Assembly (NCBI GenBank): GCA_017499595.2
Contig: CM039007.1
Coordinates: 124,001-188,000, forward strand
Direction of reading: 5' to 3'
From: Psilocybe cubensis
Taxonomy: Eukaryota
Length of the DNA stretch: 64,000 nucleotides
Under the pieces are notes generated by a model. It made no database searches. It had not been told where the DNA came from and worked only from the letters and a program-made list of their open reading frames with translations. This document shows positions 34,003 to 48,017 of this stretch, piece by piece. Within the stretch, counting starts at the first letter, position 1, and each line of letters opens with the position of its first letter. A program made the position numbers and the translations under genes.

Positions 34003-36944
34003 ACTGGGAAGTTCATCGTGTATACCTTAGAGAGCCACGTCACCATCTTGCCCAACTGAATACAGTTATGGTGTCTTGTATGTAGCTTTAAAAGTCGTTT
34101 GGTTGCTCAATAACTTATGCCTGCTGTGACAACATTGTCAAAAAAGTCAAGAGGGAAGAGTCAAAGAAGCCAAGACAAAACCTTTTCGCCTACTGCGTTC
34201 GTCGAACAGACGTATCTCCTTCAAAACGTCGAATACAGAGCACACCAGTTTCGCCAGAGAGCTCCGGAAAAACCAATTAGCGATGTTCACAGATATTAGC
34301 GTACCGTGTACATAAACCCGAAGAACGGCAATTATAGACACGTTTTGGAAGTTACCAGGGCGAGAACCACCTGGTGGAGAACAGAGAAGTTACATAGGGC
34401 AATGTCGGAAGCGGTTCTCTAAAGCGACGGGAACTCAAACGGGGGCTATGTGCTGCGAGGCACAAGCCTGAGAGGCTGAGACTGCCGGAGGCCGGGCCAT
34501 TTGATGGGGCTTGGAATCGATATCACCGTTTCAGTGGGTACCGCGGTGCAGGTGATAAACCCAATGCAACTCCATGGAAGTCGTTCCAGAATATGCTTGA
34601 CCGAAGAGATGCATGGTGTATATAGCGTTCTTCTTTCCCTGTTCTTCGATACTTCATGGGATGGGGTCAAAGGTCGGGGACGGTCGCAATAAGTGTTACT
34701 CGGGATCCCGTAAACTTGTCGTAATCAAAACTTCAATTCGATCTCGAATGTTGTTTATTTGTAAATAAACCAAAAAACAAATGTCAAAATTTTTGTGGCA
34801 TTCAATCGCCGCATCGTTTCAATTGGAGCTCAGTTAGCGGGGTATTCCGGCAGAAGCCTGCCGTCGGAGAAATTGGGACAGTGTATCCCAACATTTGGCG
34901 CTCGGAAGCAACAATGGCTACGTGAAGTCCTTTCTTTACCATGACGCCTTCCCATGTCGTTCAGTGTTGTTTCTCATGAGTGTGCGATACACTGTAATTG
35001 TAAAGTCAATGATAAGTTGCTTACGCTACATCTCCTATAAAATCCTACATACCAGGCTCCGCGTAGAGCCATTAGAATTTGACATCCCAGTCGTTAGTCA
35101 GTAAGCTATTGATACCGAGTAGGGTGTTCCCACTGAATAAGTGACATTGCTGAATTAAATTCTACAGGAGAACTTTGCTTATTTAGATGATTCCGCATCA
35201 ATTCGAATGAAGAAAATAAGAAGTCCTTCCCTGTTCTGACAGTGCAACATTGAATATAAACTCTTCCTATGTTAAATGTATGAGTATTCAGCTCCGTAAG
35301 GACTCTGTGTAGAGCCTCTCCATAATTCATCCTAGCTGTTTAACATCTCATGTATACTACATCCCTGCATAAGTTGGTTGCCACGTGGAAAGCTCTGGGT
35401 ACGAATCTAGATGATTATTCCGCCAATAAGCGTTTTACGTCGGTAACGATACGTGTGATTCATGAGAAATACTCTGCGGCTCTGCGGGACGCTCGCGCGT
35501 CATTTTCCATTTGTTTCTGGTGCATCATTGCCTTTGAAAACTTGTCAATGATTAGCATCCAAGATATAGAGATGGGCGTCTGAAGCTTCGGGATTGTTTG
35601 ATGAGCCGGATACAACCGATGCATGTCGTGTCTAGACGCCCGTCCATACTGCATTTTGAAGGTCTTGGCGCTTTCCAAGAGGATTGGTGACTGACCAGTG
35701 TAGTAGATTTCTCACGTGAAGATAAAAAAAGAAAAGAAAATACGGTCGGGGCCGAGCTTGACTTGTGCCACCAGGGGTAACAGTCTTAGTCAAAGCAACA
35801 AGCTGTACTACGTGTACGATGAGATATATCCCGGTTACTTGGTAAATTACCTCACTTCGCTCGTTTTATTGAAACAAGGTTATTATACGCGCGGAACTAC
35901 TCGCATACGTTATTTTCATGCAAGTATTCTCGGTATGGAAACTTCGTGAGATCCCAAAATGCTCAGCTTAATGACGTTTGCTGCGACGATCTCTCATAAT
36001 TCCCAATTACAAACATATGTACAACAAGGAACATTCCCCCAACTCGCTTGCTACGCTTTTAAGAATAACTTTCCTGCTTCTCATTGCCCCTCGTTGCCGT
36101 GAAAATCAAGATCATTTTAAGTATATATAGATTATAGATTCTATCATAGAAATCTTGTCAGCGAAGACCTCTTAGCCCAAGATAGCCTGGGGGTGTAACT
36201 CGAAGAGCACTTCTTTTTTGACCGCCGTCAGACAGCTTCGGTGTTTGTAGGAATGTTCACGAGGAGATCGTAGTAAGATCTGGCTTAGCCGCTTAACGAC
36301 ATGTAGACGATTAGGATCAAGATAGATATCTGCTGCCCTAATACTGCCCTTACTTCTCTCATACACTTAAATGTCGTTCTCATGTTAACCTTCCGAAGCA
36401 GTCTGAGCACCTCGTATTAGGTGTTTGTGTTTCAACCTGGACTTGCATAGACGTTAAGAAACAAATACTATTCTATTAATTCACTCATTAGTCTGCGGTA
36501 TGACGCATTGAAATAAACCAGAGGTTGCCTTGCTGCTCATCAAGCTAGAGAAGCTAGGGAGCATCCAAATTCGCATTCGCAGTTGTTGCAAAACCTTTAA
36601 CCTTATCAAGCGGACTTTGATTATGATGATTTTTACGGTATATGCCGTGATTATCTGATAAGATAAGCTCCATAAATTTACGGCTATCTACGGAAAACCT
36701 GGAGTAAAGTACAACCGGTGCACCCAACTTTGAACTTCCTCCTCTCCACCACATGCAAATTATTAATAAAATCGTCATGACATTCGTGGCTCCTCGTGAG
36801 ATTACCACTCATTAATGCGATTGCAAGAGAGTGCACCCGAGCTTTTCACTTTACCTTGTCGAAGAACACCAACACGATCTCCTAAGACACGACTCGGAAC
36901 CACCTTCGGGACTGGGAGCTCCTACGACGAATAACAGCGTGTTC

Positions 36945-39093
36945 ATGGGAAATACGAAAGCTGGGCTTCTCGAACCTTCTGAAAAGGACCGTGAGAGGAC
37001 AATTCAAAATTCTGCGTCAAGTTCTTTCCAAGTAGACCTAGACGATGCTGAAAAACCTCAACATCTACCAAATCCCAGGAAGTGGGTCGCAGTGATCGTC
37101 ATCAGTTCCGCAGCCTCATGTGTAACTTGTGCATCCTCGATGGTGAGCACCTTTCTCCAGTACTTCTCTCTTTCAGCCTTATACACCATTCATATCCAGG
37201 CAGGGTTCGCGGAGAAAGGGGTCTCGCGCGACTTCAACGTCAGCCAAGAGGTGGCGATACTGTCCATTAGTCTTTTCATTGTTGGACTGGGAATAGGGCC
37301 TTTGCTTTTCGGACCCCTGTCAGAAGTTTACGGTCGGAATGCAGTATACAGAGTTTCATATGCTCTCTTTTTCATTTTCACCTTTCCGGTCGCATTCGCC
37401 CCACACGTAGGCAAGTCCCTTTGTCATTTGATCAATCATTATTCTTTTGTATACTTATCAATCTTCTGAAGCTGTATTTTTAATTTTTCGATTTATGAGC
37501 GGGTTCTGTGGGTCTGCCTTCCTTAGTGTGGCTGGTGGAAGTGTCAGTGATCTATTTGACGATCACACTGTTGCAAGGTTAATCAGTCTCAGATAACACG
37601 TTAAGTTTAATTTACAGATCTTCATTGCAGCCCTATGGCCGTTTACACGATCTCTCCATTCATTGGACCGGTTCTTGGACCACTTCTCAGTGGGTAAGTC
37701 GCAGCTATCCGGAAACTTCAAATGACTGCGAAATGAGTTCAAAGTTTCGCAAATAAGGTTTATCAATCAGGTAATCAAAATGCAAGATTTATTTTCCGTA
37801 AACTGATCCCTTTACAGAATCTTCAATGGCGATGGACATATTACATATTGCTTATCTGGTCTGGGCTTGAACTCGTCGCGCTCATTTTGGTACGTTTACG
37901 TACGCCATCAATTTTCTGAGGTTGTGACTAACGTTTGGAACATGCCAGCTAGTGCCGGAAACCTACGTCCCGCTGATTGTGAAACGAAAGGCAATCAGGT
38001 ATGGCGCATTTTTCCCATGCGTTGAAATATCAAATAATGTATGGTTGAAAGGCTTCGCTCAGAAGGAGAATCGCGATACTGGGCACCTCTAGAACGACAA
38101 GAAACAAATTTATCAAGAGCTATTATGATTTCATGCTATAGACCATTCCGTATGTTTCTGTCAAATCCAATTTTAATACTTGTAATCATACATAACTATC
38201 TTTTCAGAATTACTTTTGTTCGATCAAATGGCGTTGCTGCTAGATTTATGGTATGTTTTCTATTAAAATTTGATTGATAATCGGGTCTGAGAGTAAAGGG
38301 AATCCGCCTACTTTAAGGAATGCTGTGATACTCGGGATATTATATCTCAGTTTCCAGGCCTTCCCTTTCATTTTTGGGGATGTGCATGGATTCAATACAC
38401 AGGAGACGGGGATGTCATTCTTGGGTATCGGTCTCGGAATGATAATTGGTTTATCTACTCAACCATTCTGGAATAGGTACGGTTTGTCCATCACTGGTGG
38501 AGATGGTATCGAGTGCAGCTCATAATTCATTGTGAAGGCTTTACAAACTTGAGGCAGAGAGGAATGAAGGTCGCCTTCCACCCGAGGCACGCCTGATCAT
38601 GGGCAAATTTGGAGGGATATTGGTACCCATCGGTGAGGTCACATCTTTCTTCTAAACATAGATTGCAAATCTGATTATATCTACAAGGTCTTTTCTGGTT
38701 GGCATTCACCACATACAAAGCCGTTCATTGGATTGTGCCTATTATCGCATCCGTGCCTTTTGGCACTGGGATATACTTTGTCTTTACATCAACGTTCTCA
38801 TACATGGTGACCGCATATAGACCTATAGCAGCGTCAGCTATGGCTGCCAATAGTGCAATGCGCTCGTCATTCGCGGCCGTGTTTCCACTATTCGCAGGAG
38901 CTATGTACCATCGACTGGGCACTGTTGGGGCAACTGCTCTTCTCGCTGGATTGATGGCGCTTATGACCCCATTACCGTGAGTTGCCATGGGTCTTGCATG
39001 TGAATCATATCTCATTACCCCTGCAGATTCGTGTTCTATCGCATTGGGGCTGACCTTAGACGAAAATCACGATTCGCATATCATGACCAATAA
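36945..39093 (+). CDS. MFS transporter, DHA1 (drug:H+ antiporter) family
   Basis: Motifs GPLLFGPLSEVYGR, FRFMSGFCGSA, GGSVSDLF, GPVLGPLLSG, WRWTYY, PETY, PPEARL and AASAMAANSAMRS across a multi-intron model. Confidence 0.92.
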
Positions 39094-39260
39094 TATATTC
39101 AGTATTCGATATTGTACACCAAGGTTCCATCCATGGGGAAAAGCCTTACTAATCTCCTGTTTCCCTTGAATTACGACAAGATCATATTGACAGACACGTA
39201 GGTAAGTTGGGTTCTCCAAACATATCGAAGAATGGTCTGTGGGTGAGTTTCTGAGGTATA

Positions 39261-39589
39261 TCACAATGTAGTTTCGGTAGATGGATATAATGTGGAAGAG
39301 GGGTCATCCGTGGGCCAGCAAGTCGTTGTTCCAGGATCCTCCGAGGTCGAAGAGGGAGCGGCGGTGGTAGTTATACTCGGTCCATAGATGGATGGACTAG
39401 AGGTTGTATATGTGGCTTTAAACGTTGTCGTCGAGGAAAGGGAGGAAGAAAACTTAGTAGAGTGCACAAATTAGCTATTGTGTATTTTAGGCGATAGAAT
39501 CTACTTACCGTTTGGTTTCCCGAACCTAGAGCACATACGGGGAATACTAGTCCTAGTGCTGGAATAAAGGCATATAACACTGTTCTCAT
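39261..39589 (-). CDS. Small secreted Ser/Thr-rich protein
   Basis: Signal peptide MRTVLYAFIPALGLVFPVCA, one GTAAGT..AAG intron and an S/T/P-rich exon 2. TATAAATA lies ~35 nt upstream. Confidence 0.7.
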
Positions 39590-40164
39590 TTTGACTTGCG
39601 TATTCCTAATGCTCGGAAACCTATTTATAATTCTTTGATCCCTACGTGAAACATGAGCCAGGACCTAATAAGCACATTTAACTTACAGCGTTATCGTTTT
39701 GCGAGAAGGCGGCGAGAATTTTCCAAGGTTCTTTCTTCTTATCAATTTCAATGAATTAGGAAAACGCTTCGAGAAGTTCATTTTTTGACATCATTAAATG
39801 GACCTACACGCACAAACATCCCATTCTCGACGTCGTATATCCTCAAACGCCTTGGTTATGTCGCTTCAACAAAACCAGGCGCTTTAGAGCTACCAACAGT
39901 ACCTTCAGTACCAAGCTGAAATATCCGTCAGCGTGATACGCATCTACAGCTTTAATCCGATTCCAATAACCCGAGCCGCATTATATCCCTATTCTATGTA
40001 CTCATCAATAGTTGACTTGGATATTTTGAAGTCACGTTGGAACTAATAGCGAATAACCTAACACAATTGTCATGTTTTCAATGGGTTCTCGGAAAAAATG
40101 TTATCACAATTGTTACATCAAGTTCGACGTTGATAGTTAATCTGTTTAAACTTATATAACTACA

Positions 40165-40793
40165 CTACGGAATCAGCGTAAAGGTCGCCCTGGGAGTGCC
40201 GGAGGTAAACGAGAGGGTGCGGGTTCCGGTAACTGTTGTCGTTGAGAGTGATCGAGTCGTAACAGTAGGGAATATATAAGAAGAGGAAGAGGAAGATCCA
40301 GTAGATTTTGAGGTGGAGGATGAAGACTTGGTCGTAGACGGTGGCGCAGACGTGGTGGGCTTAACAGAAGTGGTGGGTTTAACCGAAGTGGTGGGCGTGA
40401 CCGAGGTGGTAGGCTTGACCGAAGTGGTGGGCTTGACTGAAGTAGTAGGCTTAGCTGAAGTGGTGGGCTTGACTGAAGTAGTAGGCTTGATTGAAGTAGT
40501 AGGCTTCACAGTCGTGGTAGGCTTTACGGAGGTGGTGGGCTTCACGGTCGTACTTGGCTTGACTGAGATGGTTGTCTTTATCGTTGTGGTTGGTTTAATT
40601 GGTGTTGTAGGGGGCTTCACGGACGTTAACGTCGGCTTGATGGGCCCCGATATAGTCTGTTGATCATGATTAGCTCAATATACCACTCCACGCATTATCT
40701 ACTTACCGGTATCGGAATATTTGCCGCAGGTGCACAAACAGCAGGATAGACCAATGCTAAAGCGACGAATAGAACTTGTAGGTTAAGCTTCAT
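40165..40793 (-). CDS. Secreted mucin-like protein with VKPTTS repeats
   Basis: Signal peptide MKLNLQVLFVALALVYPAVCA, intron 40657-40706, and about 12 copies of an 18-bp (V/I)KPTT(S/T) repeat. TATAAATA upstream. Confidence 0.85.
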
Positions 40794-43700
40794 GATTGCT
40801 TGAAGGCCTATAGACAATTTCGAGGAATATTTATACTGTTTATTCGTCCTTGGTACACTCACTAGATAGAACCATCTCGCTTATCCCTAGCTCTTGGCCG
40901 CGAAAAGAATACGACTATTCTCCAGCGTCCAAGAGCATCAGTTGTGGCGATGCAAATTGCTTCCCACTCAATTTTGATGCGAATGGATCCATAGATGTAC
41001 ACAACAGTGCTCATCCATGACAATTTAAAGACGAAAGAAAATCTATTTCTGCTCTTTGACGCTCTCCAGGCCTGCTAGCCAGGTAGGTGTGCCAATTCTC
41101 CGCCTCTGATACTGATCTTGCCTTGATTTTTGAGATCATTTGCCCAGACCCGCCTTATTTGCGTGATCGTATGGATATCGGTCAGTCTCGCACAGGTACA
41201 CCCGTAATAGAAACAAACGATGTGCAAAAATCGGTATTTTTCTCTTTAAAACAATCGCGAGGTTAATCGCAATTGATATCAAAATGGCGACCTATATCTG
41301 TACTTTCCACGAAGTTATTCCAAAAAGTTGGGGTACTATCTCTCCTGGAACTCTACATGACTGCGCAGACGTGGTGCCGTATTTCAGATGGCTAGAACCT
41401 CAGAGATCGGAAAGACGATAGAACGTATGGGAAGAGTAAAACTAGGGTTCATAAATGGTGAACCAATTCTAGTTCCATTCATTTTCATAAACACGACCAC
41501 GGGTTCCTTTCGAAGTTCCTCAGCATCGTAGTCTCCACCAATGAAACGAGCTCGACTAAATGCCCACAAGGTAAAAAGTAGTCATTATGATACATGGAGA
41601 ACCGGTTATCTATACTGGCTGGCTTCCCTTGTCACATACCAGGTGCAAAGGGGTACGAATTCAATGTGAGAACCTGGGCAATGGCGGAAAACAGAATGAC
41701 AAAGTACAGCATGTCTCATGCTCTCATCGATATGCACAACTTTACGTTTCACAATATGTATTTCGTACAGACAGTTCGTGTGATAGGTTTTATAAGTAAT
41801 GAACACTTAAATTTAGCGAGGGCAACGTCGGAGGTAAGTAAACCGACAATTGAGGCCGAGAGCAAAAATGTTATGACGGTGTACACCAGACTAACTATTA
41901 AAGGAATAAAATGCAGGGTTTTGGACTATCAGATCCCCGCGCGTCCAACTAAAACTGAGAGATTGCCGCTGTCTCCCAACCGTGGCGTTCTGCGGCGGTT
42001 CATGTTTTCGCCGTGCCAGAAATGAGTTGCCAAAAGTTGATTCCCGGTTTCCTTTCATTAAGGCTGCAAAGAGTAACATAGGAGCATTATGTTCTGCACT
42101 ATAAATATTCGTGGGGTACGGGGTCACCCCTGAGTCCTTAAGTAGGCCATCATGATCACCATTGACAGTGCCTTTACGCCGTGTATCAGCGTCGGGTCGT
42201 AATGGAAGGTTCTAAACAGAACATCAAGTTGCAGCACATTGCATGCGGTCCGACCGTTTTTGTGATGACGCCTGCTATAGCCTGCGCCGCAATGATTGAT
42301 ACAATGATAAGGACGATGATAGTTACTTACGGTAGTGCGTCAAAATCAGAACACATTAACTAGAAGACGCGCCTTTCCCAGCATTCAAATCAAAAGCCGG
42401 ACAACTGACACAAAAGGTACATTTTCCATTTGTGATACTGTTAGAAGCGGATACGGAAGACCGACATATCTTAAGTTTTGTTTTATTAAGCTAATTCATT
42501 CGTCGCAAGATGGTCAAGAAGGTCAACTGTGAAAAATTCGACATAGATAGTACCAAATGATTTAGGCAGACTGATGTAGACATAAACTGGAAATACTATC
42601 ACCAAAAAACCTACCTCCTTGGAGACAAAAATAGTCCCTAAAAACCCCCAAAGTCCACTTCATGCGACATAGTTGCTCAAAGTTGCCAGGCCTGTTATCG
42701 GTTGGTTCTCGGACCACCAAAATGGTAAGGAGCTCGAGAGATATTCTGATTGCATTATATTCCCATTTGTTCCAAGTTAAATATACAATAGCAGCAGAGT
42801 GTCCCCATCTAAAAATTGTGCTGAATATACTCGCTCGGTTATGTAAACACCAAGCGAGACATATAGGCAAAAGACGGTAATCCTGACCCATTACTTGGGT
42901 GCACTTCATATTGGAAGTATCCAAAGCATTGCGTCACTGACAAAACAATCATGCAGAAGGCGCCGATCAAAGGCTCTTTGAAGTTACAGAACAGCTCAAG
43001 TATATATGTAGGTCAGAAAGCTTATAACAGAGCCTTCCCCTACGATGTTTAAAAAGAGAGGCTTTGCTAACTCGTACGAGATGTGACAAGAATCCGTAGA
43101 ATATCCGAAGATTAACCCACAGTGTCCGAGATATTGTCTCCCAAAGCGTTGCAAGAAGAACAATGATCCAAATACGACGAAATAGTACAACGGCATCTGA
43201 AGAAGAGTTCAAGCGATGTGAAAACTGGCCCAGGGTGCTTAGAACATGAAATAGCTTGTACCAGGAATTTGGTGTACTTTCTTGTTCTTGCTTTTCGGGT
43301 TATTTTATCACAAGCCCAAGGTTGACAGTATTCAAGAAGATTCCAATATATTTCAGACATTTCAAGAGACCGTATGATATGCCCCGAATCGCCAGGACTG
43401 ACAAGCGGCTGCCATGATTTACCGTTGGGGGCCCGTATGTCTGGTAGCGGCGGCAGGTCTGTTAAAAAAGACTAATTGAGCCGGAGTACATGTAAATCGT
43501 ATTTTCTGGTTGCCGGAATGGTTTCAGTATCATGGAGCTTACCCGATGGTATATCAATGTGACCGTTCTGGAGGAGCATGATGAAAAGGACCAAAATGCG
43601 GCGACTCGGAATTGCAAGTCATTCTCGAAAATTTTAGAATCAGGTGATATATATGAGTCGTGATTGATAGTGTAAGCATATCCCGTGATATGATCAACCA

Positions 43701-44717
43701 ATGAAACAAAAGGCTCAGGTAGATTATTCCAGATGATCCCACGCCACATTTTTCGCACAAAAGCCTCACATATCATCTTGCTTTTCTCCCTCATGCACCC
43801 ATCCAACTTCTGCTTCAACTCTTCGCACCTCCCTCCGCTAAACGTTTCTTATCTATCCTGCTTTCTCACTGTGCCGTGCTTTTTGATATCATTCGACATC
43901 ATCGAGCGTGCGCCCCTCTAGATCTTGGATTTTCTGCGCGTAGCGCATTGAAGGGCTCTGTGATTCCATGAAGGCTATCTTGCTTGAAAATCTTGGAGGC
44001 CGAATCTGTGATCTTAACTATGCCAGCGTTGGGTTCTATCCACTCCATTTATCTTGTTTCTTCACTGGGACTCGGGTCGATGGAAGGTTATGTGGGAGCG
44101 CAGTCCTCACGAACCATTTCCTTCCATACGCTCACCCGAGCCATGCCGACATTCTTTATTGCGGGACGCTATCTTCTAACCAACGTGTCCACCTTCGAAA
44201 CTGTACTGTTCTACCTCACGTTTACGGCGGCGTCGCAATGGCTTGACATTTGTTTTGCTTATCTCCATGTTTATTGTTGGCTAGTCTCCTCATGGACCCC
44301 GCGTACTGTTGACTCGGGGTATGGCTCGGGAACGCGACCTATCCGCAGCACCGTTGCAACGTCTTGCGACATATCTGGGCAGTTCTGGAAGTCCATCAGA
44401 ATCTACGGAGTATATCAGGCGCGGTGCGGATGGACTACCCCTCCATCGGCATGCTCGGCCATCCTGTTTTCGAGTCTCTTGACAGGTTCTCGACCATCGT
44501 TGCCCATTTATTTTTCGTATCTTGTGGTTTCGTCGTCGTTGCTGAAGTATTCGTGCGATGAAGCGGTAAATACGTATTCGGCATGCTTCGGCACTTGATA
44601 AGCCCGATATAGACTAGTGGACCGCCACGGACCGTGCCTGTTGTGTACCATTGTTTGCAGGGTTTTTCCGGTTGTTTCGTCGACACAATTGTGCTTTCTC
44701 TTAGCCACTAGCACGAC

Positions 44718-45394
44718 ATGTCGGCCGTCACTCTGCAGCTAGTCTTTGCGCTTTCCCTCCTCAACAAGTTCGTCCTAGCAGATAATGGCATGGATATGAG
44801 CATGGATGGTGCCATGTCGCTCACGGCTGGCCACATGATGCTACCATACCTCCATTTTACACCTGGAGATACCATATGGTTTTTTGGATGGGTACCACAA
44901 AGTAAAGGGGCGATGGTCGGGGCATGCATTGGGCTATTCCTTCTCGCTTTAGTTGATAGATGGCTGGCGGCTATTCGAGCCATGGCAGATAGTTACTGGC
45001 GTCAGAGGTGTGAATACACTTTTCTGTAGGACGTTGGCCTTATTGACTCTCTGATTAGAGGTCGAGTTATTGCCAGCAATAGACTTAATTCGGCCAAGAC
45101 GAGCGATGCCCAGAAATCAGTGCTTAACCGAGCTCTTCCTTTCCGATACATCCCTCCATTTATCCTCTCTCACGACGTTGCAAGAGGTATATTGCATGCC
45201 GGGCAAATGGCTTTGTCGTTTGCGTTCATGTTGGTCGTGATGTAAGGACACTGGTTATACCTCTCATCGGTGTCAACGGGACTGAGTGATTTTACAGGAC
45301 GTATCAAGTGGCTTTCATCTTATCTATTGTAATTGGTTTGGGGGTCGGAGAGACTTTATTTGGTCGGTATGGTAGTGCTGCAGCTGCACATTGA
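44718..45394 (+). CDS. Ctr-family copper transporter
   Basis: Met-rich N-terminus MDMSMDGAM..HMM, YLHFTPGDTIWF, a TM2 MxxxM motif (MLVVM|TY) and a TM3 GLGVG; two introns. Confidence 0.92.
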
Positions 45395-45445
45395 ATTGCT
45401 ACGAGGCTCTAAGTCCTAGTGATATTCTTTCTACTCGCAATCGAC

Positions 45446-45453
45446 TGAGCAAA
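45446..45453 (-). promoter_or_regulatory. Possible Mac1/Cuf1-type copper-responsive element TTTGCTCA
   Basis: TGAGCAAA on the + strand, ~240 nt upstream of the reductase ATG, matches the yeast CuRE core. It is a single copy and could be chance. Confidence 0.3.
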
Positions 45454-45691
45454 CCATCGTAATGTAATACCAATAAAATTCATGAGAGTGGTCGTCGACG
45501 GTCGGGATGGACAAAAAGTTTTTCTGACTTGCCTATTTTAGTCATGACCGTGACTAATTTCTCACCGTGACCAGTCACACTGAAAGGACCAAGTCGGTCA
45601 GAGCGAACCTTGTCCTCGAACGCTCTCCATCTACCGCTATCGATTTTTTATTGGCGGTACTACATTCTCAAGGGCCAGGGAAGAGTTGAAA

Positions 45692-48017
45692 ATGGCAAAT
45701 ACAGGGACTCCTCCCGTTATTCCAATTGAATTTCAACAATACAAGTCTGTCATATCTGCTTCTCTGCCCATCTTAATGAAACGACTAAAATTCCTTTTGT
45801 AGCTCATATGTTGTTGATCCACAGTGGCAACGAAAGTTCTCGATAATCTGGCCTTGTGTTCTTGCTGGATTTATCTTACTGTCACTACCGCACCTTGTGC
45901 GATCAATCAAGAACGGTCGCGCGTACTCGACATTCTTTGGAATATCGGAAGATTTATCCGGTGTCGAATATTCGGCTCTTGCTCTGGCCGCTGACCATTC
46001 TATGAAGAGGCGGCCATCGACGTCCATTTTCACTAAGCTTGAGAAGCTATTTGGACTTCTAGGGTCTTTTTTCTATTGGACTCTGCCTGGATTCGCGTTG
46101 AATGCCGGACAAAGTAGGTTGTCTGGCGAAACCTAACGTTTTGGTTATCTCATCACGCTCTTGTCACGCCTACAGTTGTTATCGTCACAGCCTATGTGGT
46201 GACAGTAGTGCTATGTATTGTTCTTGATGCGCCGCTCATCAGCAACTCGAATCGCGCCGGTAGGCCGTTTCCTAGCCCAAAGCCATGGATGTACTAACTT
46301 CAATCGGTCTAAAGGTTTCATCGCGCTCGCGCAATTTCCCGTTGTTTTTTTGTTTGCCACTAAGAATTCCGTCGTTTCCCTGCTTTTGGGTCCCGGAAAC
46401 GGTTATGAGAAGCTGAATTTCATCCATCGGTGGTCCGGGAGAATAATGTTTCTCGGAGGCCTTCTGCATGGATCCTTATGGATTCGAAACCATTTGCAGT
46501 ACAACATCCCTATCATCGGTCAGCAAAAGGAGACTTCTGGAATTGCTGCTTTCGGGCTGTTGAGCGTAATCGTTTTAACCTCGCTTAGACCCGTTAGGCG
46601 CTTTTGCTACGAGGTCTTCTACATTCTACAGTAAGTCCATATGATTGGTAACGACGTTGTTTCACTAAATGGATTATGCAGCATGCTCTCATTTATCGCA
46701 TTTTTCGTAACTATTTGCTATCACACGATCTACGCGTCACCTTGGATATTCCCTCCACTTGCTTTCTATGGCTTTGACATCCTACTGCGAATGTTCCGCC
46801 ACCGAATTAAGGACGCCGTCCTGGTCCCAATAGACAGTCAGATGACACTGGTATGATCTATACCTCTACAGTTCAATTCGACACAATGACATATCTTTTC
46901 TAAAATGCAGATCCATGTTCCTTATTCAACGTCTGGTTGGATAGCAGGCCAACATGTTCGTCTGCGCGTGTTCTTCTCGGGCCGGATCTTCGAGTCCCAT
47001 CCCCTCACCATATTCTCCGCACCACCTGAGATATCCTGCATTACGTCGATGCCTCAAGGAGTCTCTTTTGGCGTCCGAGCGTGTGGCGACTGGTCCAAGG
47101 CGCTCAACCGATATGCGATGCAGGCAGTTGCCGAGCTTCAAGCGGAGCTTTGCGAAAAGCCCTCGTCTAAACAGGAGAGCGAAAAGTCTGCACCGACTGA
47201 GGCGCCCATCCAAGTCATGCTCGATGGCCCATACGGTGGGTGCAGCGTCGATCTCGGAAATTACGAGACTGCGTTGTTATTTGCTGGCGGAACAGGCGTG
47301 ACGTTTACGCTAGGGCTACTTGATGATATTGTTGGGCGGTGCGTCAGGCTGGGGCGCAAGAACGGCGAGATCACCAGGCGCATCGAGTTCACATGGTGTA
47401 TACGGTCATTCGGTGAGTATCTTTATTTTTTGGTGCCTTGAATGCGCTCATGCGCACTCGCATATATTATTTCTCCTTTTCGCTTCTTCAATGCTTAAAT
47501 TTCTTACCAAATCCCATGATGTTATCCAGGATCGATAGAATGGTTTGCCCCTGCACTGATGGATATCGCCAATATGGCCGCGCTTTCCTCCAAGTCGGCC
47601 AATCCAATAGAACTTCACATTTCAATATACGTTACGTGTTTGTGTAACCCGGAGGCAATTCCTCCCATTCCCAACTGCGACGTAACGATTATTCGCCCTT
47701 CGGTATATCGCATCCTCGCCGATATCACAACACCTCCGCGTCTTTCGTCTACGGCGAAGTCGGAAACTGGCGATGAATTGCCGCCCATAGATGTTGAGAA
47801 GAGACAGTCTGCGGTCACGGAGCCGGACTCCGAGATTGGTGAAAGTTTGGGATCCAAGTTGTCATGGATAGAGAACGGGGGTGGTCTCGCGGTGTGTGCC
47901 AGTGGACCACAGAGTTTGACGCGAGAGGCGTCAAATGCAGTGGCTCGACTACAGATGTCAGGTCGTGGACTTCAGATCGGAAAAATCGGTTTCCACTCTG
48001 AAGTCTTCACGTTATGA
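45692..48017 (+). CDS. Ferric/cupric reductase (FRE family, NADPH oxidase-like)
   Basis: Heme His motifs (IHRWSGR..LLHG, ..ICYH), FAD motifs AGQHVRL and HPLT, and NADPH motifs DGPYGG, AGGTG, ASGP and terminal HSEVFTL*. Confidence 0.93.

Noticed and set aside
34381-34400. ACAGAGAAG resembling the U6 snRNA box
   Set aside because: Not followed by ATTAGCATGG or any other U6 sequence.
41384-43360. Scattered hydrophobic minus-strand ORF fragments, possibly a decayed membrane-protein gene
   Set aside because: I could not build a consistent spliced model or recognise a family.
43984-44598. 204-aa plus-strand ORF upstream of the Ctr gene
   Set aside because: No recognisable motif, TTG start and no intron support; probably promoter or UTR sequence.
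31117-48017. Possible secondary-metabolite cluster (AKR, MFS, reductase)
   Set aside because: No backbone enzyme (PKS, NRPS, terpene synthase, RiPP precursor) or tailoring set is present in the window.
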